DNA of 64,000 nucleotides from an uncultured bacterium (GTDB taxonomy: Bacteria; Planctomycetota; UBA1135; GCA-002686595), in the NCBI GenBank assembly GCA_943787795.1, contig CALSNU010000003.1, positions 480,001 through 544,000 on the forward strand, written 5' to 3'. The translations under genes were made by a program, and so were the position numbers. The notes below the pieces were generated by a model. That model was not told the origin of the DNA and ran no database searches. It worked only from the letters and a program-made list of their open reading frames with translations. Of this stretch, positions 9,230 through 17,780 are shown piece after piece. The stretch's first letter is position 1; every line of letters starts with the position of its first letter.

Positions 9230-12200
9230 ATGATCCGACTCTCCTTGGCCGCGGCTCCCATCGCCGCGGCTCTCATCGCCGCGACGTCGGCGTTCTCCCC
9301 GCTCTTCGCGCAGGACGAGCCCCTCCGGGGCCCGCGCAAGATTGATCCCCGCTGGCACGCGCTCACCCACGCGCGCCTGATTCCCTCGCCAGGAGCGCTG
9401 GTGGAGGACGCCACCATCGTCGTGCGGGACGGGGTCATCGTCTCTGTCGAGGCCGGGGGCGACGCGCCGGCCGGCGCCAGGGTCTGGGACTGCTCCGGCA
9501 TGACGGTTCACGCGGGCTTCGTGGAGATGTACGCGGGCGTCGATGCGCCGCTCCCCGACGCCACAGGGCTCGGGGGATACTGGCAGTCCGAGAAGGTCGT
9601 GCCCCAGCGCTCTGCGCTGGACGGCGAGCGGCTCAGCGAGTCGGACCTCGAGTCCCTGCGGGGCGCCGGGTTCACGGCGGCGGCGATCGCGCCGTCGGAC
9701 GGGGTCCTCGGCGGATCCTCGGCCGTGGTGGCCCTCGGTGCGGGAGAAGGGGACGTCGCCGCGGCGACCCCCGAGGTGATCGAAGACGGCGTCTACCAGA
9801 CGCTCGCGTTTCGGCGGGCGAGCTGGGGCAGCGAGGGGAGCCTCGCCTACCCGAACTCGGAGATGGGGGCCATCGCGCTCATCCGCCAGGCCCTGATGGA
9901 CGCGGATCATCACGCGGCCTGTCTGGCGGTGGACGCCACCGAGGTGACGGGCCACGAGCCCCCGCAGCCCAACGAGGCGCTGGACGCGCTCCAGCGCGGC
10001 GGCGCACCGTTCCTCTTCAATGCCTCCAGCGAGCTGCAGCTCCTGCGCGCGGCGCGCCTGGCGGACGAATTCAACCGCCCGGTCATGGTGCTCGGCTCGG
10101 GCACCGAGTTCCGGCGAATCGACGCCGTGCTCGCCGCCGGTCTGCCCCTGGTGCTGCCGGTCAACTACCCGGAGGCGCCGGACGTCTCGACCTCCATGGC
10201 GGCCGACGCCCATAGCCTGCGCGACCTGGCGACCTGGGAGCAGGCCCCCAGCAACGCGCGGCGCCTGGTGGACGGTGGCGCGGTGGTGGCGTTCACCTCC
10301 GCGCGCCTCGACGACCGGGGCGACTTCATGGCGGGCGTCCGTGAGGCCATCGAGCGGGGCCTGGCGCCGGAAGAGGCGCTGCGCGCCTTGACCACCACGC
10401 CGGCGCGCTTGCTCGGGGTCGATGATCGCCTGGGCAAGGTGGAGCCCGGTCGCCTGGCTCACCTCGTGGTGCGCACCGAGGACCCCTTCGCCGAGGACTC
10501 CGAGATCCGGGACGTGTGGGTCGCAGGCCGCCGCTTCGAGATCGAGGCCGCCCCGGCGGACTCCCACGAGGGCGACTACGCCTTCCGCCTCGAGACTGCT
10601 GACGGTCCCGTTGAGGGCACCTTGCGCCTGAAGAGCTCCTCCAGCGCCGAGGTCCTCGTGGGGGAGGACAGCATCGAGCTGAATGACCTGAAGGTCGGGC
10701 CGCAGCACATGCACTTCCACCTGGAGGCCGAGGCCCTCGCTCCCGAGGGCGTCTTCTCTGGCACAGGGCTCTTCGAGGGTGAGGCCATCCATGGCTCCCT
10801 GGTGGGGCCCGACGGCGCGATGATGCGCTGGTCGGCCACGCGCACGGGCGACGTACCCGATGAGGATGAGGAGCAAGGCGACGCGGCCGCTTCCGCCTCT
10901 GAAGGCGAAGGCGACGCGGAGGGAGCGGAGAACGAGTCCGAGGATGCGAGCGAGTCGCCCGCCCCGTCCATGGGAGCTGAGTCCACCGAGGATCAGCCCC
11001 TGCCGCTGCCCTTCGGGGCCCACGGCCTCACGTCCTACCCTGAGTCCGAGACGGTGCTGATTCGCAACGCGACGGTGTGGACCGCCGCCGAGGCGGGCAT
11101 CGTTGAGGGGGCGGTGATCCTCGTCGAGGACGGCAAGATCCGTTACGTGGGCCCCGAGGCCCTGGCGCCCGTCCCCGACGGCGCGCGGGTCATCGACGCC
11201 GAGGGCGGCCACGTCACTCCTGGCCTGATCGACTGCCACAGCCACACCGGGATCAGCGGCGGGGTCAACGAGACGGGCCGCCGGGTCACCAGCGAGGTGC
11301 GCATCGGCGACGTCATCAACCCCGACGACATCAACTTCTACCGGCAGCTCGCCGGCGGCCTCACCGCCGCCAACCTGCTGCACGGCTCGGCCAACGCCAT
11401 CGGCGGCCAGAACGCGGTGATCAAGCTGCGCTGGGGCGCCGCCCACCCCGAGGATATGAAGGCCGAGGCTGCCATGCCCGGCATCAAGTTCGCCCTGGGC
11501 GAGAACCCCAAGCGCGTGGCCGCCGGAACGGACCGCTCCGACGAGTACCCCCAGACCCGCATGGGCGTCGCGGCGCTCATCGAGGATCGCCTGGTGGCGG
11601 GCCGCGAGTACCGTGAGAGCCTGGAGCGCTACGCGGCCCTCTCCGAGTGGGAGCGCGCGCGCACCATGCCCCCGCGCCGGGACCTGGAGCTCGAGGCCCT
11701 CGGTGAGATCGTCGCCGGGGAGCGCTGGATCCACTGCCACAGCTACCGCCAGGACGAGATCCTCATGCTAGCCCGTCTGGCCCAGGCCTTCGGGTTCAAG
11801 ATCGGCACCTTCCAGCACGTGCTGGAGGGCTACAAGGTCGCCGAGGAGATCGCCGAGGCCGCCGTGGGGGCCTCGACCTTCTCGGACTGGTGGGCGTACA
11901 AGTTCGAGGTGGTGGACGCCATCCCGCACAACGCGACCCTCATGAGCGACGTGGGCGTGAACGTGTCCATCAACTCCGACAGCAGCGAGCACGCCCGGCG
12001 CCTCAACACCGAGGCCGCCAAGGCGGTGAAGTACGGCCGCATGGAGCGCGCCGAGGCCATCAAGCTGGTGACCCTCAACCCGGCCATCCAGCTGGGGATC
12101 GGGGAGCAGACCGGCTCCATCGAGGTGGGCAAGGATGCGGACCTCGCCATCTGGTCCGGCGACCCCCTCAGCTACCAGTCGCGCTGCGTCTCGACTTTCG

Positions 12201-12502
12201 TGGACGGCCGCGAGCTCTTCTCGCTGGCGTCCGACGCCGCCGCGCGCGCTGACGCCGAGGCGGAGCGTCAGCGGATCATCCAGAAGCTCCTGAAGGGGGG
12301 CAGCAAGCCCAAGAAGTCCCGGGGCAGCTGGGGCGGCCGGGACGGAGGTGAGCGCCTCGCGGACCGCGACCTCGCTCGCTTCCGCGACGAGCTCGAGGAC
12401 CTGTGGCGCTCCGGCGCCGACCCCACTCTCTCGCGGCCAGGGGTGTGCGGCTGCTTCGATGTCCTCTACGAGATGGCCGCCACGCGCGCCGGGAGCCGCT
12501 GA
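9230..12502 (+). CDS. secreted double-domain amidohydrolase (imidazolonepropionase-like)
   Basis: Signal peptide; two amidohydrolase barrels; second has GLIDCHSH, HCHSYR, FQHVLEG, NSD, GSIEVGKDAD. Confidence 0.85.
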   Translation: MIRLSLAAAPIAAALIAATSAFSPLFAQDEPLRGPRKIDPRWHALTHARLIPSPGALVEDATIVVRDGVIVSVEAGGDAPAGARVWDCSGMTVHAGFVEMYAGVDAPLPDATGLGGYWQSEKVVPQRSALDGERLSESDLESLRGAGFTAAAIAPSDGVLGGSSAVVALGAGEGDVAAATPEVIEDGVYQTLAFRRASWGSEGSLAYPNSEMGAIALIRQALMDADHHAACLAVDATEVTGHEPPQPNEALDALQRGGAPFLFNASSELQLLRAARLADEFNRPVMVLGSGTEFRRIDAVLAAGLPLVLPVNYPEAPDVSTSMAADAHSLRDLATWEQAPSNARRLVDGGAVVAFTSARLDDRGDFMAGVREAIERGLAPEEALRALTTTPARLLGVDDRLGKVEPGRLAHLVVRTEDPFAEDSEIRDVWVAGRRFEIEAAPADSHEGDYAFRLETADGPVEGTLRLKSSSSAEVLVGEDSIELNDLKVGPQHMHFHLEAEALAPEGVFSGTGLFEGEAIHGSLVGPDGAMMRWSATRTGDVPDEDEEQGDAAASASEGEGDAEGAENESEDASESPAPSMGAESTEDQPLPLPFGAHGLTSYPESETVLIRNATVWTAAEAGIVEGAVILVEDGKIRYVGPEALAPVPDGARVIDAEGGHVTPGLIDCHSHTGISGGVNETGRRVTSEVRIGDVINPDDINFYRQLAGGLTAANLLHGSANAIGGQNAVIKLRWGAAHPEDMKAEAAMPGIKFALGENPKRVAAGTDRSDEYPQTRMGVAALIEDRLVAGREYRESLERYAALSEWERARTMPPRRDLELEALGEIVAGERWIHCHSYRQDEILMLARLAQAFGFKIGTFQHVLEGYKVAEEIAEAAVGASTFSDWWAYKFEVVDAIPHNATLMSDVGVNVSINSDSSEHARRLNTEAAKAVKYGRMERAEAIKLVTLNPAIQLGIGEQTGSIEVGKDADLAIWSGDPLSYQSRCVSTFVDGRELFSLASDAAARADAEAERQRIIQKLLKGGSKPKKSRGSWGGRDGGERLADRDLARFRDELEDLWRSGADPTLSRPGVCGCFDVLYEMAATRAGSR

Positions 12503-12503
12503 T

Positions 12504-13826
12504 ATGAGCACCTCCATTCAACTTCAGCTCGCGGCGCTCGTCGCCCTCGCAGCCCCCGCCCTCTCCCAGGACCTGACCCCCAGCGCGGCCGCCCAGGAGG
12601 GCCCGGTGCTCCTGCGCGGCGCCACCATCCACACGGTGTCCGGCGACGTGATCGAGGGCGGCGACCTGCTCTTCGAGGACGGCGTCATCCAGGCCGTCTC
12701 CGCCGAGCGCCTCGACGCGGGTGAGGCCCGAGTCTTCGAGCTGGAGGGGCGCCACGTGTTCCCCGGCTTCGTCCTGGCGACGAGCACCCTGGGGCTCGTG
12801 GAGGTGGACTCGGTGGACATGACCATCGACACCTCCGAGGGCGGCTCCCTCAACCCTGAGGTCTATGCTGCGGTGGCCGTGAACCCTGACTCCTGGCACC
12901 TGCCCGTCACCCGCCGCAACGGCGTGCTGGTGGCCGGCGTGTTCCCCCAGGGGGGCTTGGTCCCCGGCCGCGTCTCCACCATCCAGCTGGACGGCTGGAG
13001 CTGGGAGGACCTGGCCCTGGACCGCCACGCCGGGCTCGCCATCAACTGGCCCTCCGAGCGCTCCTCGCGCTTCCGTCGCTGGAGCGGCGGGGGCGGTGAC
13101 TCCGGTGACCGCGCCAAGCGTCAGATCGCCGAGCTGGACGCCCTGTTCGACGCCGCGGCTGCCTACGTGGCCGCCAAGGACGCCGACCCCACCGTCCCCA
13201 CGGATCTGCGCTTCGAGGCCATGCGCCCGATCCTCTCGGGCGAGGACCCCGTGTTCCTCTCCATCACCACCCGCAAGCAGGCCGAGGCGGCCCTGCCCTG
13301 GTGCGCAGCGCGCGGCCTGCGCGTCGCCATCGCCGGGGGCCGCGACGCCCTCCAGTACGCGGACCTCCTGGTGCGCCACGACGTGCCCGTGGCGATCACC
13401 AGCACCCACCGCCTCCCGCACCGCCGGGACCTCTCCTACGCCACCACCTACGAGCTGCCCGCGAAGCTCGAGGCCGCCGGCGTCCGCTGGTGCCTGACCA
13501 TGGGGGCTCGGGACAGCTCCAACGCGCGCAACCTCTGCTACGAGGCCGCCGCCGCGGTGCCCCACGGGCTGACCCCCGCCCAGGCACTGCGCTCGGTGAC
13601 CCTCTCCTCCGCGGAGTTCCTGGGCATCGACGACCACGTGGGCTCCCTGGACAAGGGCAAGCACGCCACGCTCTTCGTGGCGGACGGCGACCCCTTCGAG
13701 CTGGGCACGAAGATCGAGCACGCCTTCGTCCAGGGCCGCAAGATTTCCCTCACTGACAAGCAGACGGCCCTCGACGCCAAGTACCGCGAGAAGTACCGCC
13801 AGCGCGGGACGCTCAAGCGGGACTGA
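12504..13826 (+). CDS. secreted amidohydrolase family protein (partner subunit)
   Basis: ATG 1 nt after upstream stop; signal peptide; GATIHTV, LGLVEV, GSLDKGKHATLF motifs. Confidence 0.85.
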   Translation: MSTSIQLQLAALVALAAPALSQDLTPSAAAQEGPVLLRGATIHTVSGDVIEGGDLLFEDGVIQAVSAERLDAGEARVFELEGRHVFPGFVLATSTLGLVEVDSVDMTIDTSEGGSLNPEVYAAVAVNPDSWHLPVTRRNGVLVAGVFPQGGLVPGRVSTIQLDGWSWEDLALDRHAGLAINWPSERSSRFRRWSGGGGDSGDRAKRQIAELDALFDAAAAYVAAKDADPTVPTDLRFEAMRPILSGEDPVFLSITTRKQAEAALPWCAARGLRVAIAGGRDALQYADLLVRHDVPVAITSTHRLPHRRDLSYATTYELPAKLEAAGVRWCLTMGARDSSNARNLCYEAAAAVPHGLTPAQALRSVTLSSAEFLGIDDHVGSLDKGKHATLFVADGDPFELGTKIEHAFVQGRKISLTDKQTALDAKYREKYRQRGTLKRD

Positions 13827-14036
13827 GAGGGCGCCGGCACCAGGGTCAGGATCGCCTCGCTCCTCGGAGGAGGAGGCGCCTCCACAGTCATCTGCTCAGG
13901 CACGACCGCTTCTTGGTTCGCGAGGGCCGGACCCGGTCTCGCCGGAGCGGTTGTGTCGACCTGGCGGGGGTCACCGCGGCCTTGGATGGGGATCTCACCC
14001 TGGGGCCGCGGGTCGGTCCCGGCGGCCCACTGCGGC

Positions 14037-14372
14037 TCAGCGCTTCCCGGCGCCATAGCCCCGCAGGAGTCGCCGGCCGGCGTGGAGGACCAGGCCGAGC
14101 ACCACAGCGCCCCCGGCCACGGCCCACACCATCGGCTCGGCGGCGGCGTCGGCGACGACCTCGAGCACGACCATGCCCCAGCCCCAGGCGAAGTAGAGGG
14201 AGCCGGAGAACGTGCGGGTGCGCCAGAGCTGCACGGAGGCGTAGAAGCCCACCAGCGCCACGGCGAAGGTCATGACGTACAGGCCTGGCCCGTACGCCCC
14301 CTGGCCCAAGAGGATCGCCGCGAGGGTGATCCCGGCGACCAGGAAGAGGCTGCATTGCCGAGGCGTGAACAT
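14037..14372 (-). CDS. small hypothetical membrane protein (4 predicted TM)
   Basis: MFTPRQCSLFLVAGITLAAILLG..., hydrophobic segments, GC-rich third positions. Confidence 0.55.
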   Translation of the reverse strand: MFTPRQCSLFLVAGITLAAILLGQGAYGPGLYVMTFAVALVGFYASVQLWRTRTFSGSLYFAWGWGMVVLEVVADAAAEPMVWAVAGGAVVLGLVLHAGRRLLRGYGAGKR

Positions 14373-14559
14373 GGGAATCCCTACGAGCCGCGCACCGGGG
14401 TATTCAGGGGAGGGCACGGGTAGCCGGGGCGGCAGCTGGGGTGCCCTTGGGGCACATCCCCGGTCCTCCATGACCCCTGGGAGCGAGGAGCCGCGCGGAG
14501 TGCGTGCCCGCCGGGTCAGGAGTGGCCGGGTCGCCCGCGGGCGACCCGGCGGCGTCATC

Positions 14560-16872
14560 TCAAAGCGCGATGGTCAGGTCATCGCCCTCGCCCTTCTCGT
14601 CGATGCCATTCGGACCGATGGACCAGAGGGTGCCCTCCTGGCCGGTGACGGAGTACCTGTAGGCTCGACCCCAGGCGTCGAGGGGAATCGCAGTGCCCTT
14701 GAGGTAGCGGGAGCCGAACTCATCCGGCTCCACGAGGGGTTCGAGGGTGGCGGGCAGTCGACCTGCGTTGTTGAGCTGGAACGACTCTAGCGCCGAGCTC
14801 AGGGCCTCTAGATCGGCCTGAGTCTGGCTCTGCGCGGAGGCCTGGTCCTCCTCGGTGTCGTCAAGGAACATCGGCTGTTCGCCGACCTCCGCGTTTACTG
14901 TTTGCTCGTCGTCCCATCCGTCTCCCGCCGCGTCGAAGCCCGTAGCGGCTCCAAAGACGCTCGCGCCGCCGATGACAGCGATGCCCATGAGCATGGAGAC
15001 CTCGGGGCCGATGGAGGACTCGGTGACGTCCATCCGGCCGCCCTCGAGGGCCAACGAGTAGCGCTCGCTCGGGCTGAAGTGACGGGTCAGCACGGTCATG
15101 TCAGGAAGCGCCTCCAGCTGGAACGGCAGCTCGCCGCCCCCTGCGAGGCCACCGAGCATCGGGGCGAGGGCCTTCAGCTGGGTGTAGAGGTTGCCCATGA
15201 AGAGCGGCCAATCGGCGAAGTTCACCATCGACGCGCCGTCGGCGACTCCGGTCTGGACGAGGCCCGCATGGAGCGTCGCCTCCTCGCCGGCCTTGATGAG
15301 CTTGGCGACCCGGCGCACCTCACGCTTGGCGTGGGTGGGGAGCGTGGAGAACAGGACGCGATCGTCCATCACCGTGATGGTGGGGCGGACGAAGGTCGAG
15401 GGGTCAATTGGAAGCCCGGCCATGAGACCGCCGCCCTGCATACCGCCGCCGCCGCCGTCGGCGTCTGCCAGGGACCAGCTGTAGAGCGTGGCGCCCCGGT
15501 AGTCTGTCCGCTGCCCCTCGATCTCGCCGAGCTCCTTGATCATGCCTACCAGGCCGTCCATGCCGCGGGTGAAGGCCTCGCGGTCCTCCAGTTCGGCGAC
15601 CGCCATCAGGTTCGGCGCCGAGAGCAGCGAGCGGAGCTTCGGCAGGCTGTAGGAGATCGAGTCGCCGAGCGGCGCGATCACGTCGCGGTCCACGCGGAAG
15701 CCGAACTGCTGCTCCAGCTGGGACATCATGGCCTCCACGGACTCAGGGTCGGGGGCGGCTTCTGTCACCATGCCGAGGAGCATGGCGGGGTCGAAGCTGG
15801 CGACGGCGGTGACGAGGGCGTCGGGGTGGGCGAGGTCCAGACTCGAGGCCTCGATGGGGGAGCCGCCGATCATGTCGAGGCCGGGGCTGGGAGACTCGCC
15901 GGGGACCCACCCGCGGGTCGAGAACCGGCCGCCCTCGAGGATGCTCACGTCCCAGTGGCCGCCTCGAATCATGGCGGAGGCCGGGGCGCCCATCATGAGC
16001 TCGAGCATCGAGCCCATGGGGCCGAGGAGCAGCGTCTCCATCAGCCCCCCGCCGCCGTCCATGGACTCCATCAAGGCGTTGATCCCCGCGTACGGGGAGA
16101 CGTAGGCCTCGATCATCCTCACGCCAGCGCTCTCTCCGAGCTTGGCCCGACCGGCGGTGATCTGGTCGCTGACCACCCCGAGCGCCACGCCGCTCATGCG
16201 CTGGAGCTCGGCGTCGATGTCCTCGAGGCCGGCGACCAGCACGGCGCGCGTGCCCCCTTGCACGATGTACTGGGGGAGCGAGCCGTCCATGCCCACCATG
16301 CCGTTGATCGTGGCGCTGGCGGCCCCGAAGGAGCCCCCGTCGCCTTGTAGCGTGAGGGTGCGCGTGGAGAGCTTGGGCTTCATGCTCTCCGGGAGGCCCG
16401 CGGAGTTCGCCGCTGTGTAGTCCATGAGGACCTTGACCCAGGCGGCGCACGAGGCCTCATCCACGAAGTCCACCACCCAGCGGATGGCCAGCTGGGGCTC
16501 CTCCGTGGGGAAGCCGAGGGTGAAGATCGCGGACATGAGGTCCGCGTCACCCAGGAAGTCCAGGGAGATGGAGATGGACCGAACTCCCTGGTGCAGGTCG
16601 AGGATCGGCGGGAGGTCGTTCCCCATGCCGCGCAGCTGCTGGACCAGGAGCTCCACCGGGTCCACGGGGCCGCTCCCCATGACCTCGCCGATGGCCTTCT
16701 GGAGGTCAGCGTCCGCCATCATCTTCGCCATGGCGGTCGTGCCGTAGCGCCCCATGGTTCCCTGGAGATCCGGCACGCTGAGGACGAACTCCGCGGAGTC
16801 GGGGTGGAGCCCGGGGGCCTCCTGCGGCGTCAGGGGCGAGAGGGTCGTGGCGAGTGCGAGGGTGAAGAGCAT
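14560..16872 (-). CDS. secreted protein with DUF3352-like body and C-terminal type II secretion GspG-like pseudopilin domain
   Basis: Signal peptide MLFTLALATTL; C-terminus LESFQLNNAGRLPATLEPLV...YLKGTAIPLDAWGRAYRY...LWSIGPNG..GEGDD matches the GspG globular domain. Confidence 0.7.
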   Translation of the reverse strand: MLFTLALATTLSPLTPQEAPGLHPDSAEFVLSVPDLQGTMGRYGTTAMAKMMADADLQKAIGEVMGSGPVDPVELLVQQLRGMGNDLPPILDLHQGVRSISISLDFLGDADLMSAIFTLGFPTEEPQLAIRWVVDFVDEASCAAWVKVLMDYTAANSAGLPESMKPKLSTRTLTLQGDGGSFGAASATINGMVGMDGSLPQYIVQGGTRAVLVAGLEDIDAELQRMSGVALGVVSDQITAGRAKLGESAGVRMIEAYVSPYAGINALMESMDGGGGLMETLLLGPMGSMLELMMGAPASAMIRGGHWDVSILEGGRFSTRGWVPGESPSPGLDMIGGSPIEASSLDLAHPDALVTAVASFDPAMLLGMVTEAAPDPESVEAMMSQLEQQFGFRVDRDVIAPLGDSISYSLPKLRSLLSAPNLMAVAELEDREAFTRGMDGLVGMIKELGEIEGQRTDYRGATLYSWSLADADGGGGGMQGGGLMAGLPIDPSTFVRPTITVMDDRVLFSTLPTHAKREVRRVAKLIKAGEEATLHAGLVQTGVADGASMVNFADWPLFMGNLYTQLKALAPMLGGLAGGGELPFQLEALPDMTVLTRHFSPSERYSLALEGGRMDVTESSIGPEVSMLMGIAVIGGASVFGAATGFDAAGDGWDDEQTVNAEVGEQPMFLDDTEEDQASAQSQTQADLEALSSALESFQLNNAGRLPATLEPLVEPDEFGSRYLKGTAIPLDAWGRAYRYSVTGQEGTLWSIGPNGIDEKGEGDDLTIAL

Positions 16873-17094
16873 GGGATCTACGGGGCGAGAAAGGAGGGGG
16901 CTGCGGCGCCGGGTAGCACCTAGGAAATCTAGTGGTCTGGGCCGGCTCCGACGAGGGAGGCCTTGTTCCTTTCGCGGACGGGCGGGGATATTTGCCTTGG
17001 CCGCCAGGAAGTTCAGCTTCGGGAGCCGCCTCCAGAGGCCGACGGTGAGATCCAAGGTGGATCTCAGGCGAAGCTCGGCCGCAACAGGTTGGCA

Positions 17095-17675
17095 ATGGCG
17101 ACCATCCCTTCGTCTCCGATGGTGCGCTATCTCAGGCTCAAGACTGCCGACGGGACGCTCCTGGCCCACGTCGCGGCCTTGGCGGCGCTGGCGGCGGGAG
17201 GGACCGCGGGCCAGCGGCTGGGGCCTGGCAGGTTCAGCCCGGCCTCGTGCCGTCCCTCGGCTGCGTCCTCGGGCTCATGGGGGTCATCGCGGCCCGGAGC
17301 TAGGCAACCGCGACGCTCTTCCCGGTCGGCTCGGGAATCTGGGCGCTCTTCAGCGTCGCGTGGCTCCTCCACTTCACGTACTGGGGACTCGAGGGGATCG
17401 GCCCCTGGCTCGTGGCGACCGCCACCGGGCTCTGCGTGGCCGTCAGCGTCTGGCAGCGTGGCTTCTCCAAAGCCCATGGAGTCCGCTACTGGACGACCTC
17501 CTTGCTGGGCGGGCAGGCGTGGATCTACTGGCAGGGCGGCCTCGCAGACGGTCGGTGGAAGCTCTCCACCGCGCTCGCCTGGCCAGCGCTCCTCTGCCTG
17601 TGCTTCATCGTGCTGTTGGTGACCGAATGGGGCACCTCCGGTCCACAGGGCTCGGACTCCCGCGACCCAGACTGA
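17095..17675 (+). pseudogene. probable disrupted membrane protein gene (frameshift near 17220, in-frame TAG 17301-17303)
   Basis: Hydrophobic, codon-biased reading LGCVLGLMGVIAARS*ATATLFPVGSGIWALFSVAWLLHF continues in frame into ORF 17412..17675; the N-terminus (MATIPSSPMVRYLRL) lies in another frame. Confidence 0.45.
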
Positions 17676-17780
17676 GGACACCTTGCGGGGTTTCCTTCGT
17701 CCATAGGGGGGGGCCGGCGCTCCTGCTCTTGCCTTCCGGCCGTGGTCTGGGTGATGACGAGTCCCCCGCGCGGTCTCCGG

